59,749 nt of DNA from Armatimonadota bacterium (GTDB lineage Bacteria > Armatimonadota > Fimbriimonadia > Fimbriimonadales > Fimbriimonadaceae), in NCBI GenBank assembly GCA_031400935.1, contig JANNQV010000045.1, positions 62,001-121,749 on the forward strand, read 5' to 3'. Below are positions 29,950 through 40,749 of the stretch, piece after piece (the first letter of the stretch is position 1; each line of letters opens with the position of its first letter). A program made the position numbers and the translations under genes. The notes beneath the pieces are model-generated. The model was not told the origin of the DNA and did no database searches. It worked only from the letters and a program-made list of their open reading frames with translations.

Positions 29950-31530
29950 CTAAGACAGCGGCCCTAATTTCGCGAAAACCGCATCTGAAACCCCGTGCCA
30001 ATCGCACTTTGAAGTCGCGGGCAAGGTGACCAATTCTCCTGTTACGATTTGAAACGCCCTTGCCGCTTCAGAGTGCATCCAGGGAACAGCTATGTCATAA
30101 AGCGTTTGGTTGACAGTACCAGTCATCTTTGCCCGAAGTCGCGCGGATTGTTCGGCATAAGAAAGAATGACGAGGTCGCTGAGCGCGCCTTGGCGAATCT
30201 GATCGCCCGGCTTTGATGCGATTGCTTTCGCCGCCAAGTCGGCGATGAACCCATCGCTTGATGGCGATAAATCACCTGATTCAAATCTTCGTTGAATTCT
30301 CGAAGCAATGAAGACGCGATTGATTTCGTTGGTACCTTCATAAATCTTGCTGATTCGGGCATCGCGATAGTGGCGGGCAATCGGAAACTCTTCAGTAAAG
30401 CCGTATCCGCCATAAACTTGAAGCGCTTCATCAACGATAAGGGACTCGACATCTGAGCAAAAAACCTTGCACATGCTGGACTCAACCGAGAATTGTTCCG
30501 CCGCCTTTCGGTTGCCATCAATTGTGCCTGCCCAGGCCTCAAAAGCCGTGTCAATATAGGCTCCTGTCCGATAGATCATGGACTCGGCTACATAAAACCG
30601 TGCAGCCATTTCTGCAAATTTTTGCCGAATCAGCCCGAAATTAGAAATAGATTGCCCGAACTGCTTCCGGTCGAGAGCATACTGCGCTGCAAGCCCAATC
30701 GCATCTCTTGCTGGGCCGATTGACATTGCGGAGAGCTTGTATCTGCCCAAATTTAATGCATTTAGCGCGACTTGATGCCCTAATCCTGGCTGGTGCAAAA
30801 GGTTTTCTTCGGGAACTTCGGCGTCTTCAAAGACGACTCTCGCAGTAGAAGACCCTTTCAATCCCATTTTGTGTTCTTCACGCGAAATCGAAATGCCAGG
30901 GAAGTCGCGCTCAACCAAGAATGCGCTGAATTTCTCGCCGTCAATTTTCGCCATTACGAGAAAATGGTCAGCCCACTTCGCGTTCGAAATCCACATCTTT
31001 GTTCCGTTCAAAATCCACTTTCCATTTCGAAAATCAGCTCTTGTCGTGCCGGAAAGTGCGTCGGAGCCGCTGTTTGGTTCAGAAAGGCAATATGCAGCGA
31101 TGGATTCGCCGATCACCAGTTTTGGGAGGTATTGAGCTTTCTGCTTTTCTGTTCCAAAGAGCGAGAGCCCAACTTGGCCGATGCCAGAGGTAACTCCAAA
31201 TGTCACGCTCATCGAGGCGTTGAGCGACATATATTCGAGAATTCTGGCTGACAGGGTCTTCCCCAGGCCAAGTCCACCGTATTCCTCTTTGGCTTCAACG
31301 GCTATGAGTCCTAACTCGCCAGCCTTCCGAATCAAGCCAGGCATTAGTCCGTCTTCCTGGTTTTCTAGCCGTTCAGCCATCGGAATTACTTCTGAACGGC
31401 TGAATTGCTCTGCAGTCTGAATCATTAAGGGTTCATCGCCAGAGAACTGCTCGACCGAAAAAATCGTGTCTGGAGTTTCAGAAATGAACTGGCAACCTTT
31501 GTATGTAATTTCGGTGTCAACGGGCATCAA
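29950..31530 (-). CDS. Acyl-CoA dehydrogenase
   Basis: AYCLSEPNSGSDA, LNGTKMWISN, EHKMGLKGSST, RKQFG, GGYGF, IYEGTNEINR. Confidence 0.94.
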   Translation of the reverse strand: MMPVDTEITYKGCQFISETPDTIFSVEQFSGDEPLMIQTAEQFSRSEVIPMAERLENQEDGLMPGLIRKAGELGLIAVEAKEEYGGLGLGKTLSARILEYMSLNASMSVTFGVTSGIGQVGLSLFGTEKQKAQYLPKLVIGESIAAYCLSEPNSGSDALSGTTRADFRNGKWILNGTKMWISNAKWADHFLVMAKIDGEKFSAFLVERDFPGISISREEHKMGLKGSSTARVVFEDAEVPEENLLHQPGLGHQVALNALNLGRYKLSAMSIGPARDAIGLAAQYALDRKQFGQSISNFGLIRQKFAEMAARFYVAESMIYRTGAYIDTAFEAWAGTIDGNRKAAEQFSVESSMCKVFCSDVESLIVDEALQVYGGYGFTEEFPIARHYRDARISKIYEGTNEINRVFIASRIQRRFESGDLSPSSDGFIADLAAKAIASKPGDQIRQGALSDLVILSYAEQSARLRAKMTGTVNQTLYDIAVPWMHSEAARAFQIVTGELVTLPATSKCDWHGVSDAVFAKLGPLS

Positions 31531-31628
31531 TTGGTGTCCTGTTCTTCGAAAAGTGCGAATGCAACATTATGCAGCGAAAAGCGTTTAGATTCCACGCTTC
31601 GATGGTGTTCCAAGGGTACAACGTTCGA

Positions 31629-32444
31629 ATGGCGATTTGTTTAGGACTGGTTTTGCTCAGCAGTTTGGGATTCAATGCGGCACAAGAGCCGACTCCGAAA
31701 GTTGACCGTTCAGGCGAACCTGCATTGATAAAACTGATGGATTCGTTGTCAAAACGAAAGCTTGCCCATTATTCCATTTCGACGTTTAGCCGCAATTCTG
31801 AAGAGGATATGTATTTTGAGGGCAACCACTTTGATGTCGTGTTTGGCGGACCCAAGAGAGTTCGAATTACCGCTTCCAGCATGTGGGGCGATGGGCGGAT
31901 TTACATTTCCGACGGCAAAACTCTTTTGCTGGATTACCTTGACATTTCGCAAGGCGTATTACTGAAAGATGTCGGAAAGAGTCTGATGGCGAGCGATCCT
32001 GACCTTGACGTTAAGGGTTCTTACGGGTTGGTCACGACAATGCTTTTCCAAGGTCCTGAAGCGATTGAGAAGGTTGCTTCAAAGGCGTCATCAATAATCT
32101 ACTACTCTACTGGCGGTCCTTCAATAATTTCAATTCAGAATTCGGAATTTGGAAATCTCAAAATCTTTTATCGAGAAACCAAATCTGGTCCAGTTGTGAT
32201 TCGGTGCGAATACGATAATTGGGATTACAAACAAACTCAACACGAAAAATATCCGGAATGGGTTGACGCTCCAGAAAAGGGAACGATGGATGTTGAGGTC
32301 TGCCGATTTGATTCTAAGAAGAAGGTCGCGAAGAACGCATTCTCAACTCTGCCTGCCAAAAACTTGACAATTAGAGATGAACGGAAGAAAGACAAAAAGC
32401 AAATCCAAGTCCAACGAGTCTCTACTAATCTGAAGCCCAATTGA
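31629..32444 (+). CDS. Exported hypothetical protein (LolA-like fold possible)
   Basis: Signal-like N-terminus; P..VRI....WGDGRIYISDGKTL pattern. ORF track start is 31569. Confidence 0.5.
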   Translation: MAICLGLVLLSSLGFNAAQEPTPKVDRSGEPALIKLMDSLSKRKLAHYSISTFSRNSEEDMYFEGNHFDVVFGGPKRVRITASSMWGDGRIYISDGKTLLLDYLDISQGVLLKDVGKSLMASDPDLDVKGSYGLVTTMLFQGPEAIEKVASKASSIIYYSTGGPSIISIQNSEFGNLKIFYRETKSGPVVIRCEYDNWDYKQTQHEKYPEWVDAPEKGTMDVEVCRFDSKKKVAKNAFSTLPAKNLTIRDERKKDKKQIQVQRVSTNLKPN

Positions 32445-33564
32445 TGAGATAGATCATGAAGCCAACGATGGATAGAAACAGTAGAGCAATGAGAGCTTGA
32501 GCCCATAGGCCCATGATTGCACCAGCCATAAATGCGATTCCCAGTCGAAAAAGTGGCAAATACAAGAACCACTTTGTTATCGTCATTGGCCATTCCCAGC
32601 GGAACAAGCAACCGGCGCCGAGGAAAAGCGAAACAACGTCAACGGTGATGACGATTGGTCGAACCATTTCAGGAAGCTTAAGCGCAAAGAAGAAGTCAAC
32701 TAAGGACTGTAAACACCATAAAATCGAAATGATTGTTAGCGCTACATCTTGCCATTCGTGAGCTGGTCCAGTATCTCTGCCTGCAAACGTCCCAGACTCT
32801 TTGATCTTGAAGTTACAGTGAGGGCAAATAAATGCCATTGCGCTGATCTGCTGCTTGCAATTTGGGCAGCCGATATAGACGATCGGCTGATGTTGCGGAA
32901 CTCCTGGTGCGGAAACGCCGCTTGTGCCGCCATTTCCAGAAGTTGAATGTGCGCTTGGAGCGGCAATCTTTACCTGCTTCATGTGGACCGAAAATTCAGG
33001 ATCAGCCTCTAGTCTTTCGATCAACGGGGCGATTGTCGGATCAGTTCTGAGATTGCCAGGCATGTCTGACACCAGCTTTACCGCCTTCATCGGTTGCAGA
33101 GTTGTAATAAAAAGCTGAAGCAGAGGCACAATGGCACTAGGACTTTGAGGTGCTAGCTTATGAGCACGGCTAAGAAACGGTTCAGCCATTCGTGGATCGT
33201 CGCTCTCGGCTAACGAATTTCCGTGCTGAACCAAACTGTAAAGTAGTCCCTGCTTAGCTTGTTGATTTTGTGGGTTCAAATACAGTGCGGCGTCAAACTC
33301 GTCAACTGCCTTCTCGAACCTCTTTGCCGCACCTAAGGCATAGCCAAGACCATAACGGATATCTGAACTGCCAGGCTGCAAATCAGCGGCTCTTTGACAT
33401 GCAACAACTCCCTCCTCAATTTGATTCATTAGCACAAGAGAGAGCCCAAGATTCTTCCACGCTATGCTATCCGCTGGTTGTACGTCGAGAACGCCGCGAT
33501 AAGCGGTCACGGCTTCAGAATAGTTCTGCTGATCGTATAGTTCCTGTGCTGTTAATGCAGTCAA
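32425..33564 (-). CDS. TPR-repeat, zinc-ribbon, membrane protein
   Basis: N-terminal TPRs (AWKNLG..L, YGLGYAL), CPNC...CPHC, four C-terminal TM helices. Confidence 0.75.
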   Translation of the reverse strand: MTALTAQELYDQQNYSEAVTAYRGVLDVQPADSIAWKNLGLSLVLMNQIEEGVVACQRAADLQPGSSDIRYGLGYALGAAKRFEKAVDEFDAALYLNPQNQQAKQGLLYSLVQHGNSLAESDDPRMAEPFLSRAHKLAPQSPSAIVPLLQLFITTLQPMKAVKLVSDMPGNLRTDPTIAPLIERLEADPEFSVHMKQVKIAAPSAHSTSGNGGTSGVSAPGVPQHQPIVYIGCPNCKQQISAMAFICPHCNFKIKESGTFAGRDTGPAHEWQDVALTIISILWCLQSLVDFFFALKLPEMVRPIVITVDVVSLFLGAGCLFRWEWPMTITKWFLYLPLFRLGIAFMAGAIMGLWAQALIALLFLSIVGFMIYLINWASD

Positions 33565-33636
33565 ATCCTAATCTCCTACTTCGTCACGCATTGTAACGAA
33601 TTTGAGACAATCTGTCAATTCTTTTTTGATCACCTA

Positions 33637-33676
33637 TCACCCAGTTCACCCACTTCAACCAATTCACCCAATAACC
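33637..33676. repeat. 9-nt tandem repeat
   Basis: tcacccagt tcacccact tcaaccaat tcacccaat, directly downstream of the minus-strand gene ending at 33681. Confidence 0.65.
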
Positions 33677-33680
33677 TTTC

Positions 33681-35294
33681 CTACATCCTAAACATGCTGA
33701 ATCGTGCCTCTGAAATCGGAGCATTTTGTGCTGCTTCAATCCCCAGTGCAAGTACTTTAGAAGTATCTATTGGGTCAATAACTCCGTCATCCCAAATTCG
33801 GGCGGAAGCATAGAGCGCACTTGATTCGGCCATGTATTTTTCTAGAATTGGCTTTTTGAATGCTTCTTGCTCAGCGGGAGTCATCGAACCGCCCTTTGAC
33901 TGCATTTGCTCTTGTTTTACGGTTAGAAGCACATTTGCCGCCTGATCTCCTCCCATAACGGAAATCCGGGCATTTGGCCACATCCAAAGCTGCCTGGGCT
34001 GATAGGCTCGACCGCACATCCCATAATTTCCGGCACCATAGCTGCCGCCTATAATAACAGTGAACTTCGGCACGGTTGCTGTCGAAACGGCCGTGACTAG
34101 TTTCGCTCCGTGTTTCGCAATCCCTTCGTTTTCATACTTTTTGCCGATCATGAATCCGGTGATGTTCTGTAGAAAAACCAGGGGAATCTGCCTTTGGCAA
34201 CAAAGTTCGATGAAGTGTGCGCCCTTTTGCGCGGATTCGCTAAACAGAATTCCATCGTTGGCGAGAACTCCGACAAGGTTTCCATGAAATCGTGCAAAAC
34301 CGCAAATAAGGGTTGTACCGAAATTTGCTTTGAATTCTTGAAATTTGGAACCGTCCACGATTCGTGCCAGAACTTCTCGCATATTGATCGGCGTCTTTGA
34401 ATCTGCTGGAAGAAGGGAATACAATTCCGTTGGATCATGCAAGGGACTTTCGGGAGCAATTCGATCAGACATCCAGCCGTCTCGTCTTCTAGGTCCCAAC
34501 GACTCGACGATATTTCGAACAATCTCCAAAGCGTGGGAATCGTCTTCGGCTAGATGATCCGCCACACCCGAAAGTCGCGTGTGAACATCTGCACCGCCTA
34601 AATCTTCAGAAGTCACTTCTTCTCCAGTCGCCGCTTTTACGAGCGGGGGCCCACCCAAAAATATAGTGCCTTGCCCTCTCACGATGACCGCTTCGTCGCT
34701 CATTGCCGGAACGTAGGCTCCGCCAGCCGTGCAACTGCCCATCACGGAAGCAATTTGAGGAATTCCGAGCGAACTCATTTGAGCTTGATTGTAAAAAATT
34801 CGTCCGAAGTGGTCGCGGTCAGGAAACACCTCGCTCTGCAATGGTAGAAAGGCGCCGCCGGAATCAACGAGATAAATGCAGGGAAGGCGATTCTCTAGGG
34901 CAATTTCCTGCGCTCGAAGGTGCTTCTTGACTGTTGTTGGGAAATAGGTTCCGCCTTTGACCGTTGCGTCGTTTGCGACGATGACGCACTCTCTGCCGTG
35001 AATCCTTCCGATTCCTGTTACGATTCCGGCGCAGGGTGCTTCGCCATCGTACATTCCGTTGGCGGCAAGTGTGCTGAATTCTAAGAATGGCGATGAATCG
35101 TCAATTAACGCCTCAATGCGTTCACGTACAAGGAGTTTTCCGCGAGATTTGTGCTTGGCAATAGCTTCCTTACCGCCGCCAGCCATTGCTGTTGCCATAG
35201 CCGTCCGGTAATCGGACAGAATCGCTTCCATCGCTGCTCGACTTGCCTTATGGTCGTCATCGTTCAAATTCACATGGGAGGTCAAAACATCCAT
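33681..35294 (-). CDS. mccB: Methylcrotonyl-CoA carboxylase beta subunit (carboxyltransferase)
   Basis: [56 protein letters not shown]. Confidence 0.88.
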   Translation of the reverse strand: MDVLTSHVNLNDDDHKASRAAMEAILSDYRTAMATAMAGGGKEAIAKHKSRGKLLVRERIEALIDDSSPFLEFSTLAANGMYDGEAPCAGIVTGIGRIHGRECVIVANDATVKGGTYFPTTVKKHLRAQEIALENRLPCIYLVDSGGAFLPLQSEVFPDRDHFGRIFYNQAQMSSLGIPQIASVMGSCTAGGAYVPAMSDEAVIVRGQGTIFLGGPPLVKAATGEEVTSEDLGGADVHTRLSGVADHLAEDDSHALEIVRNIVESLGPRRRDGWMSDRIAPESPLHDPTELYSLLPADSKTPINMREVLARIVDGSKFQEFKANFGTTLICGFARFHGNLVGVLANDGILFSESAQKGAHFIELCCQRQIPLVFLQNITGFMIGKKYENEGIAKHGAKLVTAVSTATVPKFTVIIGGSYGAGNYGMCGRAYQPRQLWMWPNARISVMGGDQAANVLLTVKQEQMQSKGGSMTPAEQEAFKKPILEKYMAESSALYASARIWDDGVIDPIDTSKVLALGIEAAQNAPISEARFSMFRM

Positions 35295-35325
35295 CTTGCC
35301 AATGATACCGATGAAACGGAGCGAA

Positions 35326-35423
35326 CAACGTGGCTCGTCCGTCCCGGACGAGTTCCAACAATGAATCTTGTCGTGACCTGAAACGGCAATGCTATTCTTG
35401 TCCGGGACGGACGAGCCACGTTG
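35326..35423. repeat. REPIN-like inverted palindrome pair (copy 1)
   Basis: CAACGTGGCTCGTCCGTCCCGGACGAG ... CTTGTCCGGGACGGACGAGCCACGTTG; 27-bp inverted repeat with one mismatch. Confidence 0.85.
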
Positions 35424-35431
35424 TCCCTATG

Positions 35432-36241
35432 CTAAATCGGTCTGCCGGCGAATCCAGGTTCGGGGACAAACAAAGACCACCGGATTTCAGGCATCAATTG
35501 AGCGATTTTCTTTTGAAAAGTTGCCATTCCGGGCTGTTCCGTTGCGTAATGCCCTGCGGCTACGATACAAAGACCCGAAGCAACAGCATCAACGGCCCGA
35601 TCTTGCTTGACTTCGCCAGTCAGAAACACGTCTGCTCCCGCATCAAGGGCGCTTTGCCATTCGCTGTCCGCGGCTCCGCCGATTATGGCAACTTTTGAAA
35701 CGATCCTTTTTGGGTCGCCCCAAGCCACAGAATTCGTTTCCAATAGTGATTCAGCTTTAATAACAAATTCTGAAAATGCTACGGGTGTGTCTAATTCGCC
35801 GATTCTCCCTATAGGCATATCTGGATACTGGATGTCGTTCCCAATTCTTTCAGAAGAACTTCCAAAGGGAACGACCTTCTTGATTCCTAGAACTGAAGCC
35901 AAAGTATCATTGATTCCGCCAGGAGCCGCATCCCAATTTGTGTGGCACGCAATCATGGCAATTCCGTTTTCGGCGAAATTCAAGGTCATCTGCGCTGATC
36001 TTGTTTTCTCAGTTATTTCGGTTAGCGGTTCCCAAATGATTGGGTGATGGCAGACGACAAGGTTTGCTCCAACTGACTTTGCAAAACCCAAAAGCTCTTT
36101 CGACCAGTCCAGCGATACTATTGCTCTTTCAATTTCTGAATTTAGTCGCCCGACTTGCAAGCCAACTTTGTCAAACGAAAATGCCCAACGGGTTGGAGCG
36201 AATGTTTCAATGGTGTGGAGGACGTCGGAGACTGAAGGCAT
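35432..36241 (-). CDS. Nif3-like dinuclear metal center protein
   Basis: D.VGLQVG, HHP, HTNWD..PGGIND, TGEVK, GHYATE. Confidence 0.92.
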   Translation of the reverse strand: MPSVSDVLHTIETFAPTRWAFSFDKVGLQVGRLNSEIERAIVSLDWSKELLGFAKSVGANLVVCHHPIIWEPLTEITEKTRSAQMTLNFAENGIAMIACHTNWDAAPGGINDTLASVLGIKKVVPFGSSSERIGNDIQYPDMPIGRIGELDTPVAFSEFVIKAESLLETNSVAWGDPKRIVSKVAIIGGAADSEWQSALDAGADVFLTGEVKQDRAVDAVASGLCIVAAGHYATEQPGMATFQKKIAQLMPEIRWSLFVPEPGFAGRPI

Positions 36242-36265
36242 AAACTATTGAACCTTACAAAGTCG

Positions 36266-36288
36266 AAAGGGCGGAGTCTCCTCCGCCC
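36266..36288 (-). terminator. Probable terminator hairpin
   Basis: GGGCGGAG-TCTC-CTCCGCCC with a short U run on the minus strand, downstream of the small gene. Confidence 0.5.
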
Positions 36289-36299
36289 AAATCTGCTGT

Positions 36300-36527
36300 T
36301 CACTCGTTTCCAGCCGCTTCCTGCTCAATAATCAGTTCTAGTTCAATTGAATCTGTATAATGGCTTGACTTTATGCAGTAATGCGCCAGTTTTCGCAACG
36401 CAGACTCAGCAATACCATCCAGCTTGTGCGGCGATGTTAAACACATCGCCAGCATGGCGTTCGCCTCGTCCTCAGTAAGCAGCAGCCCGACATCGTCATG
36501 TTTTGGGCTCATCGCTCCTCCAAGCAC
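36300..36527 (-). CDS. Small hypothetical protein
   Basis: GGAGGAG before an internal ATG (MSPKHDD, about 36512), followed by a hairpin. Confidence 0.5.
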   Translation of the reverse strand: MLGGAMSPKHDDVGLLLTEDEANAMLAMCLTSPHKLDGIAESALRKLAHYCIKSSHYTDSIELELIIEQEAAGNE

Positions 36528-36640
36528 ATCCTGTGCTCCGATGTTAAGACGGAAACTATATAAAGAAGTTCCGTCTTGGATTCAGTTTCGGCAAGTTTTG
36601 ACCGATTCTTAATACAAGAATGACCGGTATAATCGCATCC

Positions 36641-37699
36641 GTGCCGAAGGGTGAATATCTCCAATATGGCGGCCAAGCCATTCCAGAAGGTGTGATGATG
36701 CGGTCGCCGCATTATTTTGCAGTTGCTGTCCGTGCTCCCAATGGCCAAATAGTCACTGATTCCGACGAAATTGAAAAGTCTTGGATTCTTCGACTCAAAA
36801 TCGCAAAGGTCCCGTTTATTCGAGGTTCTTTTGGACTCATTGACGCAATGATTTTGGGCTATCGCTCCATGAGGTTTGCAGCCAATGTTTTGAGCGACCC
36901 GCAATACGAAGTTGAAAAAATTGAAGAAACAGATTCAATCGATAGTAAACAGACGGCTTTAACAGTTCCACCAAGCGATTCTATTCCAGTTGCGATAAAG
37001 ACACATGACGGTGTCGTTGCTTCAAATGACAAAGTAGTCAAATTTGCCGTTGGCGGCGCACTCGTTGTCGGTTTGGCGCTTGGAATGCTTTTGTTTCATT
37101 ATTTGCCAAACTTGTTGGCCGTACAGGTAGGAAGCACCAATCGCCAATTGGTAAATTTCATAACTGAAGTAATCAAGATCGTATTTTTTATTGGTTACCT
37201 AATCCTTATTTCCAAACTTCCGGACATACACCGCCTGTTTCAATATCACGGCGCAGAGCATAAGGCGATCAATGTCATCGAAAACAACCTTGAATTGAAC
37301 ACTGAAAATGTTCAAAGGATGACCCGATTGCACCCAAGATGCGGGACAAGTTTTGCGATTGTCGTTTTGCTTGTCAGCCTAGTTTGTTTCACCTTCCTGC
37401 CTAAATCAACCGATCGCACATTCTTGAATTCGATAATTCGAGTACTTATTGAAATTCCTTGCATACCTCCAATAGCTGGAATCAGCTACGAACTGATTCG
37501 TTGGGCTGGAAAGATGCGAAATTCGACTCTCGTCCGAGTGATTTTCGCTCCTGGACTTTGGACGCAACTCATCACAACCAAGGAACCTACAGACGACATG
37601 GTTGAAGTTGCAATGGTCTCTCTTCAAAAAGTGCTTGACCTTGAAAGAGAACGAGAAGAAAGATTGGCTCCTGTCGTAGCCCAAGCTGCAATCGCTTAA
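36641..37699 (+). CDS. DUF1385 domain membrane protein
   Basis: YGGQA..EGVMMR, FQYHGAEHK, HPRCGTSF, TT.EP. GTG 36641 chosen; ORF track start is 36620. Confidence 0.9.
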   Translation: MPKGEYLQYGGQAIPEGVMMRSPHYFAVAVRAPNGQIVTDSDEIEKSWILRLKIAKVPFIRGSFGLIDAMILGYRSMRFAANVLSDPQYEVEKIEETDSIDSKQTALTVPPSDSIPVAIKTHDGVVASNDKVVKFAVGGALVVGLALGMLLFHYLPNLLAVQVGSTNRQLVNFITEVIKIVFFIGYLILISKLPDIHRLFQYHGAEHKAINVIENNLELNTENVQRMTRLHPRCGTSFAIVVLLVSLVCFTFLPKSTDRTFLNSIIRVLIEIPCIPPIAGISYELIRWAGKMRNSTLVRVIFAPGLWTQLITTKEPTDDMVEVAMVSLQKVLDLEREREERLAPVVAQAAIA

Positions 37700-38007
37700 C
37701 GGAAAATGATCCCGGCAACAAACCAAGTGGACCAAATGGTCAAATACGCGGCGCTTCCGAAGATGCAAGCTTGCCGAACAAATTGACGATTGACCTTGCA
37801 GTACCAAACCATGGCTGCCCAAGCTACGATCAGCGTCGCTCCCTTCACTGCCGCAAACTGCCACTCGCCGCGCTCTATAAAAACACGCATCAGCGGATTC
37901 ATTTCAGTCACGAGCCCACGCTGATGTAGCACCGCTGTTGAAATGAGGTCGAGCCACCCGATTGCCATTAACAAGGCAATTGATCTTGTCGGGAACAATG
38001 CGGACAT
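37696..38007 (-). CDS. DUF5658-like small membrane protein
   Basis: LDLIST......G...EMNPLMR..I......F..VK pattern. Confidence 0.65.
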   Translation of the reverse strand: MSALFPTRSIALLMAIGWLDLISTAVLHQRGLVTEMNPLMRVFIERGEWQFAAVKGATLIVAWAAMVWYCKVNRQFVRQACIFGSAAYLTIWSTWFVAGIIFR

Positions 38008-39277
38008 GAAGTTCAGTAATTGCAAGTTTTGGACCATTTGCGTCTCTGGAAGCTAAGAATTCAACGATATCGTCCTGTGCTTTTGTGGCGACTGCACTAC
38101 TTCCGAGGTAGTGATTCATCAAAATGCTCACGACGAGTTCCCGCCCGTCCTTACATTTAACATAACCTGAGAGCGATGACACCTTGTTCAAAGTACCGGT
38201 TTTGCCCTTAAAGCTGGTATTTTTGAGGCGATTCTTCAGGGTTCCGACGCCCGGGGCCGCCAAAGCAGTCTCCCAAACGGATGCCCATGGCTGCCTTTTC
38301 GCCCAAGTCAGCAATTTGACAATTCCTGTCGCCGTGACGTTGTTGTGGCGGCTAAGCCCGCTTCCGTCGTAGGGATCAGCGTCGTTGGTGTCGAGTTTGA
38401 CAGTTTTCGTCAGGAAAGCGCGCATTCGCTTAGCGGCTTCAGGAAAGGCATCAATCGGCAATGGGCTTTCTGATGATGCCGCCATCATCAATAGACTCTC
38501 TGCAATATAGTTGTCGCTTGGCTGAAGGCAATTCTTCGCGATTTCCAAAATAGGAGAGCCTTTTGATTCAATTTCTGGTTTGACGTCGGGCAATTCTGTA
38601 GTTGACGAAAAGTGCCCTCCCAAGACTTCTGCCGCCTGCCAATCCGGGCTTGGTTGTGCGAACGCCTCAATCTTGGTCGGTTCCTTAGGTTTCGCAGCTG
38701 CAATGAGCAAGACTTTTGACCTTAGATCGAATTGGTTTGTAGACTTTGGATCAGGATTCCACTCAAGCCTGATTCCAAGGTTTCCGTTCTTCAGCCAGAA
38801 CTTGTTGGCATCTCCCCAAAGTTCAAAGCTGGCAGTGTCGTATGCAAATGCTGAAATCGTAGGCGCGTAGCGATTGGGTAGGTCATCCCATTCCCAACCA
38901 GGGCCGTATCCGGGGCGATAGGCTTGCCGAACGGAAACCTTCTTGTACCGCTTCGATCCAAGCTGTTTTCGAATGTCAAGGAGGCGATCATAGGTCATCG
39001 AAGGATCGCCGTTTGAATCCACGATCAGGCATCCATCCTGCTTCCAGAATTTGGTAATAGGCACATATTCGGGTCCTAATTTGTGCAAAGCGTATGCAAC
39101 GCTCAGTAACTTCTGATTACTTGCTGGCATAAGGCGAATGTCGGCGTTTCTTGAGTAGAGAACTTCGCCCTCAAGCGTTGAAACGCATACCCCGACCATG
39201 GCTCCTTTCAGTTCGGGGCGATTGAGAATCTCGTCAATCGGCGTGAAAGTGCTTTGGAACGAAAGCAGTGCAAGCAT
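37904..39277 (-). CDS. dacB: D-Ala-D-Ala carboxypeptidase/endopeptidase (PBP4, S13)
   Basis: PASNQKL, SDN, DGSGLSR, KTGTL, SSLSGY. Confidence 0.92.
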   Translation of the reverse strand: MLALLSFQSTFTPIDEILNRPELKGAMVGVCVSTLEGEVLYSRNADIRLMPASNQKLLSVAYALHKLGPEYVPITKFWKQDGCLIVDSNGDPSMTYDRLLDIRKQLGSKRYKKVSVRQAYRPGYGPGWEWDDLPNRYAPTISAFAYDTASFELWGDANKFWLKNGNLGIRLEWNPDPKSTNQFDLRSKVLLIAAAKPKEPTKIEAFAQPSPDWQAAEVLGGHFSSTTELPDVKPEIESKGSPILEIAKNCLQPSDNYIAESLLMMAASSESPLPIDAFPEAAKRMRAFLTKTVKLDTNDADPYDGSGLSRHNNVTATGIVKLLTWAKRQPWASVWETALAAPGVGTLKNRLKNTSFKGKTGTLNKVSSLSGYVKCKDGRELVVSILMNHYLGSSAVATKAQDDIVEFLASRDANGPKLAITELHVRIVPDKINCLVNGNRVARPHFNSGATSAWARD

Positions 39278-39298
39278 TGATTATTTTGGTCGAGATTG

Positions 39299-39456
39299 GG
39301 AGATGAGTGTTGGGAGGTTTGCAGTTAGCAGATAGCGGTTGGAGGGTTGTTGGCAAGTTGTTGGAATTTAGTTATCGGTTGTCGGTTGTCAGTTGTCGGA
39401 ACAACACCGAAAACCGAATACCTCTTTCCGCAATCCGCCAACCGCTAACCGCTAAC
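39299..39456. repeat. Bipartite heptamer tract
   Basis: gttagca gatagcg ... gttatcg gttgtcg gttgtca gttgtcg, then aaaccga ... ccaaccg ctaaccg ctaac. Confidence 0.8.
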
Positions 39457-39461
39457 TTCCC

Positions 39462-40457
39462 TTAGACTTCGTCTTCAAAAACTGGCTCAGGAATATGGTC
39501 TTGACTCCCGGATTCAATATCATTTGCCATGAGCCGGGCAAATTCTCGAAGCTGGGGTTCAGAGTCCATTTTCGCAACATCTTGCAAAGCTGATACAACA
39601 TCGGCTCGCATATCGTTGTCCCATTCGACAACATGAAACAGCCCATGAATAGCCGAGCGCCTTCCGTATTTGCTTGGGGCTTGCAGACAATCCAGCAAAG
39701 CCGGTCCGCCGTTTTTGTCTGGAAGGTGTCCGCCTAAAACGACGCCAGCCTTGTATATTGTTCGGGCAAAATCATCGGGTGCGCCTTTGATTAAATCTGT
39801 TATCGCAGCAATCGCCCCAACTTCGTCGGCCTCGGTTTCGCAAAAAGATGGTAAATCCTCGAACATATCCAGCACGCACCACTGCGCCGATCGGCGATGC
39901 TCGTGCAAATGATCACCGATGATTTCAACAAGGGCTGGTAGAAAGTCACGTTTGTTTGGAAGAGTTTCCAAAACCGTGTGCGCGTCGTTCGCCACATCAC
40001 GGTCTGGACAATAGAGCAGCTTTAGCAATTGGAGCGGCGCAAGTTCATTCAAATGGCCTTGAAACCGACGGTCTAATCCTAAGCAATTTGCAATTTGCAT
40101 TTGCCGTTTGAATAGCGGATCAACCACTTTACGCAACTTGACAAGCATATCTTCAGTAGTCGGTCCCAATGCTTCGACCCAAAGCTCGGAACATCTTCCA
40201 AATACTCCATAAGTAGTATTGGCAAGTTCAATTTTGAAACTTTCACCTTGCAGATCAGCCTCGATTTCGCCTCGCCAATCGCTTTCATGAAGCAGGTAGT
40301 TGTAGCTGATCGGATGCGGCGGCCAATGAAAGGGGATTCTATGTCCGGTAGGGAACACATTCGAAGTGCCGGATGCGGCAGCATAGGCATCAATGAATTC
40401 TCGAATTGATGCTGCAAGGCTCTGGGCAACTTTCTCATCCCGCGGTATCGAGGGCAT
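39462..40457 (-). CDS. Hypothetical protein (HEAT-like C-terminal repeats)
   Basis: 331-aa ORF with helical repeats (RRSAQWCVL, RRSAIHGL). Confidence 0.65.
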   Translation of the reverse strand: MPSIPRDEKVAQSLAASIREFIDAYAAASGTSNVFPTGHRIPFHWPPHPISYNYLLHESDWRGEIEADLQGESFKIELANTTYGVFGRCSELWVEALGPTTEDMLVKLRKVVDPLFKRQMQIANCLGLDRRFQGHLNELAPLQLLKLLYCPDRDVANDAHTVLETLPNKRDFLPALVEIIGDHLHEHRRSAQWCVLDMFEDLPSFCETEADEVGAIAAITDLIKGAPDDFARTIYKAGVVLGGHLPDKNGGPALLDCLQAPSKYGRRSAIHGLFHVVEWDNDMRADVVSALQDVAKMDSEPQLREFARLMANDIESGSQDHIPEPVFEDEV

Positions 40458-40478
40458 TTGGTGATTATGAATGAATCG

Positions 40479-40567
40479 GGGTAATCGGGTGATTGGGTGA
40501 TTGGATGATTTGGTAAATAGGTAACTAGGTTATCAGGTGATTAGGTCGTTGGGTCAGTGGGTCAGCA
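40479..40567. repeat. Octamer tandem tract
   Basis: gggtaatc gggtgatt gggtgatt ggatgatt tggtaaat aggtaact aggttatc aggtgatt aggtcgtt gggtcagt gggtcagc. Confidence 0.8.
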
Positions 40568-40749
40568 GGATCCGGGGATGCTTGATGCGGATTCCCCCTT
40601 TCCCAGGAACGAAGTGAGAGCGAGAGGGGGTAAGAGGGTGAGGGTTTCCGGATTCTTTTCGGATAGTTGGCACACAGTTTCTCATTTGCATGGCGTTCTA
40701 CAGAAGCTTGGCTAGACACAATTGCTTGATCGTATTCGTCAGCATTTTC

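Noticed and set aside
35326..35423. CRISPR array from the repeated palindromic units
   Set aside because: Units are inverted pairs, not direct repeats with regular spacers, and there are no cas genes in the window.
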